Program-made: the position numbers and the translations under genes
Shown here: positions 10,010 to 19,175 of the stretch, one piece after another
Position numbering within the stretch: the stretch's first letter is position 1
Layout of the letters: every line of letters begins with the position of its first letter
The notes under the pieces: generated by a model
Told to the model about the DNA's origin: nothing
The model's input: only the letters and a program-made list of their open reading frames with translations
Databases searched by the model: none
DNA from: Alphaproteobacteria bacterium
Lineage (GTDB): Bacteria > Pseudomonadota > Alphaproteobacteria > RF32 > CAG-239
Assembly: GCA_017445475.1 (NCBI GenBank)
Contig: JAFSUB010000023.1
Coordinates: 3,574-67,573 of the forward strand
Length of the DNA: 64,000 bases
Reading direction: 5' to 3'

Positions 10010-11167
10010 TTACCCCCCTGATTTTTCTGAAACCACACCGCTTTTCACTTCAAAAAACTGCGCTTCGTTTTTTAACGTTTTGAAAATTTGTTCGTCAGTT
10101 GCCGTGATAAATGCCTGCAAACGCAACTCTTTAATTTTTTCCAAAAGCGCATTGCGCTTAATGCTATCCAAATGCGCCGTTACTTCATCAAGAAGCAAAA
10201 CGGGCGCAAACCCCTTATCAAGCATCTGACACTTTGTTTGCGCCAAAATAATACTGATAAGCAAAAGCTTTTGTTCGCCTGTTGAACAAAGTTCCGCCGG
10301 CATTTGCTTTTTCTTGTCGAAAACCTTGAAATCTGTTTTGTTCACACCCTCGACACCGTCGCCTGAAAACACATTCTTGCGGCTTTCATAAAGGTTTTGT
10401 TTGTAAAAATCTTCCACATCGATGGCCGCATTTTCATCAAGCATTTGTTCAATTTTGCCATCAAGCGCAAGCATCACATCGGGAAAAACATCATCGGGTT
10501 CGTTTTTTGTAAACGTGTTCAGCCTTGCCACCAATTCGCGCCGCGCCGCCGCAATCGAAACACCGACGGCCGCCATTTGTTCTTCAAGCCCCAAAAGCCA
10601 CAAATTATCGCTTCTGCCCGATTTAATGATTCGATACCATTCTTTATACAGGTGTTCGAACGTTGCCGTGCGCTTGGCGTGTTCCAAATCAAAAGCATAA
10701 ACCATTCGGTCTAAAAAACTGCGTCTGGGCTGTGGCCCGCCTAAAAAAATGCGGTCCATCTGCGGTGTAAGCCAAATGGCGGAAAAATATTTGCCGAGCT
10801 CGGCTTGCGTGGTCGCTTTTTGTCCGTCAATTAAAACAGTGCGGCGTTCAAAACTGTGCACATCATTTTGGCCTTCTTTTTCGCTTTTTTGAACAGCGGT
10901 TGAAAGCACATAATCCTCATCGTTTTTCTGAACATTTGCCGAAACCGCCCACAAAACACCTCGAGCCAAACCCTGAGAGGCATTTAAGCGCCTGATATCT
11001 GCCATTTTAGCGCCCCTTAAACCCCGTCCGGGCGACAAAAACGAAACGGCCTCCAAAATGTTTGTCTTGCCGCTTCCGTTTTTTCCCGTCATGACAATTG
11101 GGCAAATATCAAATTCAAGCCTTAAGCTTTCATAATTTCTAAAGTCAGTTAAAGTCAGGCGTTTCAT
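10010..11167 (-). CDS. recF: DNA replication/repair protein RecF
   Basis: MKRLTLTDFRNYESLRLEF...GKNGSGKTNILEA (Walker A). AAGGA precedes this ATG. The ORF track also offers an ATG at 11287 that forms an ATGA overlap with the dnaN stop, which would add a 40-aa N-terminal extension. Confidence 0.85.
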   Translation of the reverse strand: MKRLTLTDFRNYESLRLEFDICPIVMTGKNGSGKTNILEAVSFLSPGRGLRGAKMADIRRLNASQGLARGVLWAVSANVQKNDEDYVLSTAVQKSEKEGQNDVHSFERRTVLIDGQKATTQAELGKYFSAIWLTPQMDRIFLGGPQPRRSFLDRMVYAFDLEHAKRTATFEHLYKEWYRIIKSGRSDNLWLLGLEEQMAAVGVSIAAARRELVARLNTFTKNEPDDVFPDVMLALDGKIEQMLDENAAIDVEDFYKQNLYESRKNVFSGDGVEGVNKTDFKVFDKKKQMPAELCSTGEQKLLLISIILAQTKCQMLDKGFAPVLLLDEVTAHLDSIKRNALLEKIKELRLQAFITATDEQIFKTLKNEAQFFEVKSGVVSEKSGG

Positions 11168-11283
11168 TCCTGACTTTTCCTTAATAACTTCCGAAATCTT
11201 AAAAGCCGAACCCATTGCAGACTCTTTTTTACTCATCAATAAAGGCGCAACTTCAAAAACTGCGCCTTTAACATCTTTCAAGC

Positions 11284-12402
11284 TCACACGCGCATCGGCA
11301 TCAAAACATAAATCGCGGCCGAATCGGCTTTATCGCGAATGATTGAAGGCGACGAACCGTCTGAAAAACTAATCTCGACATTATCGCCTCTGATTTGCGA
11401 CAAAATATCGAGCAAATACCTGAAGTTGTAGCCAACCTCCAAACCCTCCGAATCGTAGTTTGCCTCCAAATCTTCCAACGCACTGCCGAGTTCCGGACTC
11501 GAGGTTGTAATCATCACATGATTTTTAGCCGTAATCAGCTTAATGGCGCGTGTTCTTTCCGCCACAACCGACACACGGTCAACCGCTGTCGAAAGATTTT
11601 TGGCCGAAAGCTCTAAAATTTTGTTATTGCCGGTCGGAATAACACGTTCATAATCCGGATATGTCCCGTCAATAAGCTTTGATGTCAGGACAATATCTTT
11701 CAACACAAAGCGAATTTTATTTTCCGAAATTGAAAGCGCAATGTTCTGGCTTTGTGAATCATCAAGAAGTTTTCTGATTTCGGCAACTGTTTTGCGCGGC
11801 ACAATAATGCCCGACATTTTTTCCGCCCCCTTCGGCAAAGGCGATTCGACACACGCCAAGCGATGCCCGTCGGTTGCCACAACACGCAAAAGTTTCGTTT
11901 CGCCTTCCGTTTTGGCGTGAATGTAAAGACCGTTCAAATAATACCTTGTCTCTTCGGTTGAAACGGCAAACTGTGTGCGGTCAATCACATCTTTAAGATC
12001 TTCTTTTTGCATTTCAAAATTGATGGGCAATTCATCGCCCGAAATAACCGGAAAATCCTCAACCGCAATGGTCGGAAGCGAAAACTTTGAGCGCCCCGAA
12101 GCAATTGAAAGCTGCCCTTTTTCGTCAGGAAAAACAATTTCAACTTCCGAGCCGTCATTTAACTTGCGCACAATGTCATAAAGCATGTGCGCAGGCGCCG
12201 TTGTTGCACCTTTTTCAAAAATGCGCGCATCAACCGTTTCGGTAATTTCGGTGTCCATATCGGTTGCCTTAAAGCTGATGGCGTCGGCAAGTGCTTCCAA
12301 ACGCACATTAGACAACACGGGAATCGTGTTTCTCTTTTCAACAATGCTCTGAACATGACTGAGTGTTTTAAGCAGATTTGCTCTTTCAATTGTAAACTTC
12401 AT
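11284..12402 (-). CDS. dnaN: DNA polymerase III beta sliding clamp
   Basis: MKFTIERANLLKTLSHVQSIVEKRNTIPVLSNVRLEA is the typical DnaN N-terminus. About 372 aa and immediately upstream of recF. Confidence 0.9.
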   Translation of the reverse strand: MKFTIERANLLKTLSHVQSIVEKRNTIPVLSNVRLEALADAISFKATDMDTEITETVDARIFEKGATTAPAHMLYDIVRKLNDGSEVEIVFPDEKGQLSIASGRSKFSLPTIAVEDFPVISGDELPINFEMQKEDLKDVIDRTQFAVSTEETRYYLNGLYIHAKTEGETKLLRVVATDGHRLACVESPLPKGAEKMSGIIVPRKTVAEIRKLLDDSQSQNIALSISENKIRFVLKDIVLTSKLIDGTYPDYERVIPTGNNKILELSAKNLSTAVDRVSVVAERTRAIKLITAKNHVMITTSSPELGSALEDLEANYDSEGLEVGYNFRYLLDILSQIRGDNVEISFSDGSSPSIIRDKADSAAIYVLMPMRV

Positions 12403-12616
12403 TTTTCTCAAAGACCTTCTAAAAAAAATTATCCCACTGTTTTTTTCATACCACACTTAAGAGCAATCTAAAATCAAAAAAGCGAGTCTTTCACAGCTTT
12501 TTAAACCTTATTTTTTTAACATTTTCAAACACGCTCTAAAATTTGAAGTGCCTTGATTTTTTTCCTTGCACGATTTATATTTTCTGTTGACAACAATTTT
12601 CAGAAAGAATTTTGAG

Positions 12617-12910
12617 ATGAAAAAATATATGCTCGTTTTGCCTTTTGCTTTGTGTGCCTGCCGCTTAAACGCACCGACGGTTGATTTTTTATATTCCGGC
12701 GCGGGCGGCGCCGTTTATGAGGCAAAGTGCAACGGTTATCGCCACACAATGGGAGAATGTTATCAGCTTGCAAACCAAACCTGTTTCGGAAAATTTGAAG
12801 TTTTAAACAAAAGCGAAAAAACATTTAGCGACACATTTTTTGATGGCGATGCGGTCTCTGACGTTGCAACAAAAATTAAACGCAATCTTATTTTTTATTG
12901 CAAAAATTAA
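12617..12910 (+). CDS. Small Cys-rich secreted protein or lipoprotein, hypothetical
   Basis: MKKYMLVLPFALCAC... has a signal-peptide-like N-terminus and 6 Cys in 97 aa. Divergent from dnaN. Confidence 0.3.
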   Translation: MKKYMLVLPFALCACRLNAPTVDFLYSGAGGAVYEAKCNGYRHTMGECYQLANQTCFGKFEVLNKSEKTFSDTFFDGDAVSDVATKIKRNLIFYCKN

Positions 12911-12939
12911 AAAACATAACACACTGCCATAACAACAAA

Positions 12940-12970
12940 AAACCGCCCTTAAAGGACGGCTTTTTTTCTT
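12940..12970. terminator. Rho-independent terminator-like hairpin flanked by A-run and T-run (bidirectional)
   Basis: aaaaaccgcccttaaaggacggcttttttt. Confidence 0.4.
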
Positions 12971-12986
12971 TGGTAGGCGCACAGGG
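12971..12986 (-). repeat. Duplicated fragment of the tRNA-Lys 3' end (tggtaggcgcacaggg)
   Basis: 15 of 16 nt match the genuine tRNA-Lys 3' end at 13184-13199. It lies about 200 bp beyond the tRNA and directly follows a second terminator hairpin, mirroring the arrangement at tRNA-Arg. Confidence 0.45.
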
Positions 12987-13012
12987 ACTCGGCTTCGCCT
13001 ACCCGTTTGTTT

Positions 13013-13060
13013 TGTAACATTTGCCGCACTTTGCTACCGCTTGTTTGCAAATGAACAAAA
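13013..13060. repeat. Conserved tRNA-associated element (tgtaacatttgccgc...ttgcaaatgaacaaa), copy 1
   Basis: Close homolog of 42619-42665 beside tRNA-Arg. Confidence 0.5.
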
Positions 13061-13151
13061 CTGCACCGCTTGTGGTAAAAAATGCCGTTTAAGGCATTTT
13101 TTATCCTCGCGCCCCTCGTCCGGTGTTCTCGCCGCGGCTTCTTAACCAATA

Positions 13152-13180
13152 AAAAAACCGCCATAAAGGCGGTCTTTTAT
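13152..13180 (-). terminator. Rho-independent terminator of tRNA-Lys
   Basis: Minus strand reads GACCGCCTTTATGGCGGTTTTTTT immediately after the tRNA CCA end. Confidence 0.5.
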
Positions 13181-13183
13181 TAT

Positions 13184-13259
13184 TGGTAGGCGCACGGGGG
13201 CTCGAACCCCGGACCCACTGATTAAGAGTCAGTTGCTCTACCAACTGAGCTATACACCC
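13184..13259 (-). tRNA. tRNA-Lys (anticodon CTT)
   Basis: Reverse complement GGGTGTATAGCTCAGTTGGTAGAGCAACTGACTCTTAATCAGTGGGTCCGGGGTTCGAGCCCCCGTGCGCCTACCA folds as a cloverleaf. Anticodon loop is CTCTTAA with GTTCGAG T-loop and encoded CCA. Confidence 0.9.
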
Positions 13260-13385
13260 ATCAAACCAATCGAGTGTGTTATAACAAACTAAATTTCGTT
13301 TTGCAACATTTTTTTCCATCAAAATAAAAAAAACAAAAAAACGCCGGTTTAAAACCGGCGCCATACTCAAGGTCAATAAAAAAAC

Positions 13386-13643
13386 TCACATATCAAGCGC
13401 TTTGCGATATGTGTCAAGCAAAAACTCCTGCTCATCGCGCGATGCCGCGTCCATCTTTCGAAGCTTTAAAATCGCCCGCATAATTTTCACATCAAATCCC
13501 GCACTTTTTGCCTCGGCAAAAACTTCTCTGATATCCGTTGCAATTTCTCTTTTATCTTCTTCGAGCTTTTCGATTCGCTCAATAAGCGAACGCAATCTGT
13601 CGCTTGCAATGCCACCGACTTCAGCCATTTTTTTCTCCATCAA
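13386..13643 (-). CDS. gapR: GapR/UPF0335 (DUF2312) nucleoid-associated protein
   Basis: 85 aa with ...SDRLRSLIERIEKLEEDKREIATDIREVFAEAKSAGFDVKIMRAILKLRKMD. This alphaproteobacteria-specific family underlies the taxonomic inference. Confidence 0.7.
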   Translation of the reverse strand: MMEKKMAEVGGIASDRLRSLIERIEKLEEDKREIATDIREVFAEAKSAGFDVKIMRAILKLRKMDAASRDEQEFLLDTYRKALDM

Positions 13644-13750
13644 TCATTGGTTAAACATTTTGTGTTAGCGTGAACCTAGCAAAAAAAAATGGGTTTTACA
13701 AGCCATATTTTCGGATTATATTTAAAAAAAACGTTTTCAAGGAAAGACCA

Positions 13751-15172
13751 ATGCCACACAACACAAGCACCAAAATTTTAGCGACAATCGGCCCTGCAAC
13801 GGCAGACGAAAAAACATTAAGCCGCTTAATTGACGCCGGCGCAGATGCTTTTCGTTTTAATTTTTCGCACGGCACGCACGCCGAACATCAAGCCCGCTTT
13901 GAAATTGTGCGCAAACTTTCCAAACAAAAAAACAAACATATCACGGTTGTGGCAGATTTGCAGGGGCCGAAATTGCGTATCGGCACATTTGAAAACACTT
14001 CCGTTAACTTAAAAAAAGGACAATCTTTCACGCTTGATTTAGATCCTTCAAAAGGCAATGAAAAACGCGTATGTCTGCCCCACCCCGAAATTTTTAAGGC
14101 ACTCAAAAAAGGCGACACACTTCTTTTAAACGATGGCAGTATTTCCTTAAAGGTTGTTTCAAAAGACAGTTCACACATTCAAACAAAAGTTCTTATCGGC
14201 GGCACGCTTTCCGACCACAAGGGTGTCAACCTTCCAAACATCTCCCTTGACATTTCCGCCTTAACGCAAAAAGACAGGCAAGACCTTGATTTTGCCTTGT
14301 CGCTGGGTGTTGACTGGATAAGTTTGTCATTTGTGCAGAGAGCGCAAGATGTTAAAGATGCAAAAAAAATCATCGGTGATAAAGCACTCATCATTTCAAA
14401 GCTTGAAAAACCGAGTGCGGTGGCAGAATTAGACGAGATTATCGCGCTTTCTGATGCAATTATGGTTGCACGCGGCGATTTGGGCGTTGAATGTCCGATT
14501 GAAACTGTGCCCGTGCTTCAAAAAAAGATTATTTCCGCCTGCAGAGCCCGAGCAAAACCCGTCATCGTGGCGACGCAGATGTTAGAATCGATGATTTCCG
14601 CGCCAAGCCCGACGCGTGCGGAAGTTTCCGATGTTGCAACTGCGGTTTATGATATGGCCGATTGTGTGATGCTCTCGGCCGAAACGGCTGTCGGACAATA
14701 TCCCGTTCAAGCCGTTGAAATGATGCATAAAATCATCAAAGAAGTTGAACACGATTCGCGCTTTATCGAATCGACTTTTGCAAACGAAATGCACCTTTGT
14801 TGCAATGCCTCACAAGGCATGACTTATGCGGCCAAAGAGCTTTCGGAAGTTTTAAAAAACGTTGCCGCGATTGTTACGTTCACAACCTCCGGTTTCACAA
14901 CATTTTCAATGGCCAAAGAGCGCCCGCAAATGCCGATTATCGCCATCACACCGAACGCCTATGTCGCAAACCGCATGGGCATTGTCTGGGGCGTGAAAGC
15001 CGCTGTTGACAAAGAGGTTTTTCAAAGCTTTGAACGTGTGGAAGACATCGCACTTAAAGCCGTCAAATCTTTGGGCTACGGCAAAAAAGGCGACCACATC
15101 ATCACAACCGCCGGCTATCCTTTAGGGAAAAAACTCAAAACCAACCTTCTGCATACCATTGAAATTAAATAA
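13751..15172 (+). CDS. pyk: Pyruvate kinase
   Basis: MPHNTSTKILATIGPA... with an AAGGAAAG Shine-Dalgarno upstream. 473 aa. Confidence 0.9.
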   Translation: MPHNTSTKILATIGPATADEKTLSRLIDAGADAFRFNFSHGTHAEHQARFEIVRKLSKQKNKHITVVADLQGPKLRIGTFENTSVNLKKGQSFTLDLDPSKGNEKRVCLPHPEIFKALKKGDTLLLNDGSISLKVVSKDSSHIQTKVLIGGTLSDHKGVNLPNISLDISALTQKDRQDLDFALSLGVDWISLSFVQRAQDVKDAKKIIGDKALIISKLEKPSAVAELDEIIALSDAIMVARGDLGVECPIETVPVLQKKIISACRARAKPVIVATQMLESMISAPSPTRAEVSDVATAVYDMADCVMLSAETAVGQYPVQAVEMMHKIIKEVEHDSRFIESTFANEMHLCCNASQGMTYAAKELSEVLKNVAAIVTFTTSGFTTFSMAKERPQMPIIAITPNAYVANRMGIVWGVKAAVDKEVFQSFERVEDIALKAVKSLGYGKKGDHIITTAGYPLGKKLKTNLLHTIEIK

Positions 15173-15200
15173 ATGCTTTATAGGCCGGTTTTGTTTTTTC

Positions 15201-15229
15201 TTGACAACGGATTCAAAACGGTGTATAAA
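15201..15229 (+). promoter_or_regulatory. Sigma70-like promoter (TTGACA-17-TATAAA) inside the pyk/cvpA convergent intergenic region
   Basis: cTTGACAacggattcaaaacggtgTATAAAg. No annotated gene lies downstream before a terminator at 15461-15534. Confidence 0.3.
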
Positions 15230-15460
15230 GAAAACGTAAACATATAAAAAACAAATTATTTATGAAAATGAAAATAAGACCGCCGCCTTAAGGCATTGAT
15301 GTCTGGTTGATTTTTTTAATAACCTGCCGACGACCTCATCGCTCTCATGATGGCCGCTGATTTCGTTGGCATAAAACATATATACTATGAATACGAAAAA
15401 AACTCGACCATTTGCGCCTTACTAGGCAATGTGGTCAAATTAAAAATTTGTTAAGTGTTT

Positions 15461-15534
15461 TGAACCCCCGCCCCCCTTTCAAAGACAAGGTATCACCTTT
15501 CTTTCACAAGGCAGGCTCGGGGTTCTTTTTTTTG
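15461..15534 (+). terminator. Long imperfect hairpin followed by a T8 run
   Basis: gaacccccgcccccc...ggcaggctcggggttcTTTTTTTT. Confidence 0.3.
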
Positions 15535-15557
15535 CCCGAATTTTTCTTTTAAAAAAC

Positions 15558-16232
15558 TTATTCTGCCGCGTTCTCAATCAGTCTGTCAAGACTTTTGGTT
15601 TCAGATTTGTCATAGCCTTGCGCCTCATCTTTTTGCACATCGCCGGCTGTTTTTTCAAGTCTCGGCTCGGCAAGTTTTTTGAATAAATCTTCCGACGTTT
15701 CCTTTCCCATCAGGTTTTGCGCTTCGGCTTTTTGTTTAATTTTCTCAATTGTTTCCTTTGGCATCAGGTTTTTAATCGGCTCGGCAAAATCGCCCGCAAG
15801 CCGATAATAGCCCGAATCGGCAAAAAATGGCTTTTTTGCTTCTTCCGGCAAGAATGATTGCAACAGAATATGAAATAAAATCACAAGTAAAAACACCCTC
15901 AACGCACCGAAAATCAGCCCCAAACCTCTATCCAGACCGCTCATTTTGCTCTTACGCAGTTTTTTTAAGAGCTTAAACGTTGCAAGAAACAATAAGCCAT
16001 AAAACAAAACAAGCAAAATAAGCGCCGAAACAAAACTTGCCATCATCGGACTTGCCACAAATTTTTTCATAAACGGCGCCAGATACGGAAGCAAATAAAA
16101 AATAAACGCCGCCGCCAAAACCCAGCCGATGATTGAAAGAACTTCTTTAACAAGCCCGCGCCCAAGCGAAATGGCCATCGAAAGCAACGTCAGGATAATT
16201 AAAATAACGTCTAAATTGTTGAGTTGATGCAT
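15558..16232 (-). CDS. cvpA: CvpA-family membrane protein (colicin V production)
   Basis: MHQLNNLDVILIILTLLSMAISLGRGLVKEVLSIIGWVLAAAFIFY... Lies downstream of radA, as is typical in alphaproteobacteria. Confidence 0.75.
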   Translation of the reverse strand: MHQLNNLDVILIILTLLSMAISLGRGLVKEVLSIIGWVLAAAFIFYLLPYLAPFMKKFVASPMMASFVSALILLVLFYGLLFLATFKLLKKLRKSKMSGLDRGLGLIFGALRVFLLVILFHILLQSFLPEEAKKPFFADSGYYRLAGDFAEPIKNLMPKETIEKIKQKAEAQNLMGKETSEDLFKKLAEPRLEKTAGDVQKDEAQGYDKSETKSLDRLIENAAE

Positions 16233-16245
16233 TTTTTGCCTTTCC

Positions 16246-17612
16246 CTAATTAAACCAATTAATCAAACGGTGAACATTGCCGATTTCATAATACGACATA
16301 CCTTCCGTTTTCTTTTCTTTGCCGAAACTTGCCGGCACAATTGCGTTTGTAAAGCCAAGTTTCGAAGCTTCTTTCAGCCTTAACGCAGGTTGCGTCACCG
16401 CCCTGATTTCGCCCGACAGCCCGATTTCACCGAAAACAACCATATCCGAAGGCAACGGCTTGTTTGAAAGCGAAGAAATAACCGCCATCGCAACCGCCAA
16501 ATCAGCCGCCGGTTCCGAAATTTTAAGCCCTCCGGCAATATTCAAATAAACATCGTAAGCGCTGAAATTAAAGCCGCATCTTGCTTCCAAAACGGCCAAA
16601 ACCATTGCAAGCCTGTTTGAATCCCAGCCGACAACCGCGCGTTTGGGCGCGCTATATCCGCTTTGGCTCACAAGCGCCTGAATTTCAACAAGCAAAGGCC
16701 TCGAACCTTCAATGCCCGCAAAAACGGTCGAGCCCGAAACATTGCCCTGACGTTCTGCCAAAAACAACGCCGACGGATTTTCAACCTGCACCAAGCCCTT
16801 GTCCTGCATTTCAAAAACCCCGATTTCATCGGTTGCGCCATACCTGTTTTTAACGGCTCGTAAAATTCTGAAATGATGCCCGCGTTCGCCTTCAAAATAA
16901 AGCACGGTGTCAACCATATGCTCTAAAACTCTCGGCCCTGCAATCGCACCCTGCTTTGTAACATGTCCCACAAGAAACAAAACAAAACCTTTTTTCTTGG
17001 CAAGTTTAATCAACTCATACGCGCAGGCTCTAACCTGCGAAACACTTCCCGGTGTTGATTCCACATCTTCCAAATACATCGTTTGAATTGAATCGATAAT
17101 CACAAGCGTCGGTTTGGCTTTTTCAATTGTTGCGATAATGTCTTTAAGCTCTGTCGTGCTCGCAAGTTTCACGGGTGATTTTTCAACCGAAAGCCTTTTG
17201 GCGCGGATTCTCACCTGATCAATGGCTTCTTCGCCCGAAATATAAAAACACCCTTCGTCTTGATTTTGTTTTGCAACAGCCGCGCAAATTTGAAGAAGCA
17301 AGGTTGATTTACCGATTCCCGGATCCCCGCCAACCAAAATTGCCGAGCCTGCCACCAAACCGCCGCCCGTTACGCGGTCAATTTCTTTAATTCCCGTTTT
17401 AATGCGTTCAAACGGCTCACTTCCACCGTTTAAGTCAACAAACTCTATCACAGCGCCTTTTTTCTTAGGGCTTAAAACGGAAACCCGCTTTGCTCAACTT
17501 TTTCCTCAACAATACTGTTCCACTGCCCGCAGGAATCACATTTTCCCTGCCACTTGGGATAAACCGCGCCGCAACTTTGACAAACATATTCAAGCAAAGC
17601 CTTTTTTGCCAT
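16246..17612 (-). pseudogene. radA: DNA repair protein RadA/Sms, interrupted by an apparent frameshift between the zinc-ribbon and the RecA-like ATPase domain
   Basis: ATG at 17612 has a GGAGG SD and sits right after the mlaF stop. It encodes MAKKALLEYVCQSCGAVYPKWQGKCDSCGQWNSIVEEKVEQSGFPF and then a stop near 17472. The ATPase/Lon-like body (IEFVDLNGGSEPFERIKTGIKEIDRVTGGG...GDPGIGKST...) continues in another frame from about 17500 down to 16246. Confidence 0.6.
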
Positions 17613-18374
17613 CTAAACCTCCACCTTAATCGGCCCCTGCGCACAGCCGTTGATAAATTGCACGACATAAGGGTTTTCTGTTTTATCCATTTCTTTAACA
17701 GTTCCCTGCCAGATAATTTTGCCCTGATAAAGCATCGCCACCCTGTCGGCAATTTTTCTGACCGATGACATATCGTGCGTGATGGTCAGCGTTGTTGCAC
17801 CCAAACCTTTGGCCGATTCAACAATCAAATCGTTAATCACATCAGCCATAATGGGGTCAAGCCCTGTTGTCGGCTCGTCAAAAAAGATGATGTCCGGCTT
17901 TGTGATAATCGCCCGCGCAAGCCCAACGCGTTTTTGCATTCCGCCCGAAAGCTCGGAAGGCGACAGGTCAGCAACATCAGGCGCCAAGCCCACTTGCCGC
18001 AAAACGCGCACGGCCTCTCTTTTGGCAACTTGTCTATCATAACCCTTATTTTCAATCAAAGAAAAGGCCACATTTTCCCATACGCTTAAGCTGTCAAACA
18101 GTGCGCCGCCCTGAAAAAGCATACCCATTTTTTCGCTGATATGGCTTTTTGTTTTTTCGCTTAAAACATCCACGCCGTCAATTTCAATTGTGCCGAAATC
18201 GGGCTCAAGCAGGCCTTGAATACATTTAATCAAAACCGATTTTCCCGTTCCCGAACCGCCGATAACAACTAAAGATTGACCTTTGAAAACGTCTAAATCC
18301 ACACCTTTCAAAACCTGTTTTGTGCCGAAAGTTTTGTGTAAATTGCGAATTGAAATTTTAACTTCAGACATCAA
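17613..18374 (-). CDS. mlaF: MlaF-like ABC transporter ATP-binding protein
   Basis: Walker A GGSGTGKSVL, ABC signature LSGGMQKRVGLARA, Walker B IIFFDEPT. Confidence 0.75.
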   Translation of the reverse strand: MMSEVKISIRNLHKTFGTKQVLKGVDLDVFKGQSLVVIGGSGTGKSVLIKCIQGLLEPDFGTIEIDGVDVLSEKTKSHISEKMGMLFQGGALFDSLSVWENVAFSLIENKGYDRQVAKREAVRVLRQVGLAPDVADLSPSELSGGMQKRVGLARAIITKPDIIFFDEPTTGLDPIMADVINDLIVESAKGLGATTLTITHDMSSVRKIADRVAMLYQGKIIWQGTVKEMDKTENPYVVQFINGCAQGPIKVEV

Positions 18375-18383
18375 CCCTCTCCA

Positions 18384-19175
18384 TCATTTTGAAAAGAAAA
18401 CTTCGGTTAAGATATAATTGAAAATCAAAATCAAAATAGAAGCCGAAACAACGGCGTTCGTCGTTGCCTGCCCAACACCTTGCGCACCGCCTTTCGAATG
18501 ATATCCGTTATAGCATCCCATCAACGCAATAATAAACCCGAAAACGGCCGCTTTCGTTAAACCCGAAATAATACCGATAGCCTCAATTTCTTCAATGGTG
18601 GAGTTGATATAATTTGCCGGATTAAAACCAAGTTTGTAAACCCCGACGACATAACCCCCGAAAATACCAATCACATCGCCGAAAAGAACCAACACGGGCA
18701 AAACAGTCAGTCCCGCCCACAAACGCGGCGCAAACAAATATTTGAAAGGATTTGTCGAAAGCGTAACAAGCGCGTCAATCTGCTCGGTAACTTTCATTGT
18801 GCCAATCTCGGCAGCCATTGCCGCACCGATACGCCCCGCAACCATCAGCGCCGACAAAACGGGTGCAAGTTCACGCGTAACCGAAATCAAAACAACCGAT
18901 GCCACGGCGCTTTCCGCACCGTAGCGTGCAAAGCCGGAATATGTTTGAAGCGCAATCACCATACCGGCAAAAATGGTCGTAAGCCCTACAACCGGCAACG
19001 AATAAAAACCCATTTCCAAAACCTGCCGCAAAAAGTTTTTCACATAATATTTCGGCGTTAAGGCATGATAAACGGCTGATGCCACGAACAAAACCAAATT
19101 TCCGAGCGAAATAATAAAGCTGACGAGCGGATGCCCGAGTGTTCTCAAAAAATTTTCGATTTGCTTTTTCATCAT
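18384..19175 (-). CDS. mlaE: MlaE-like ABC transporter permease
   Basis: 263-aa polytopic permease of the MlaE/YrbE (DUF140) type, upstream of mlaF. No MlaD gene is present in the window. Confidence 0.75.
   Translation of the reverse strand: MMKKQIENFLRTLGHPLVSFIISLGNLVLFVASAVYHALTPKYYVKNFLRQVLEMGFYSLPVVGLTTIFAGMVIALQTYSGFARYGAESAVASVVLISVTRELAPVLSALMVAGRIGAAMAAEIGTMKVTEQIDALVTLSTNPFKYLFAPRLWAGLTVLPVLVLFGDVIGIFGGYVVGVYKLGFNPANYINSTIEEIEAIGIISGLTKAAVFGFIIALMGCYNGYHSKGGAQGVGQATTNAVVSASILILIFNYILTEVFFSK

Noticed and set aside
13101-13376. 91-aa minus-strand ORF overlapping tRNA-Lys
   Set aside because: It runs through the tRNA gene and the terminator, so it is spurious.
15173-15557. Possible tmRNA (ssrA) or SRP/RNase P RNA in the pyk-cvpA gap
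   Set aside because: No tRNA-like T-arm/CCA, no tag-peptide frame ending in AA-stop, and no recognisable conserved RNA motifs. Kept only as a generic sRNA candidate.
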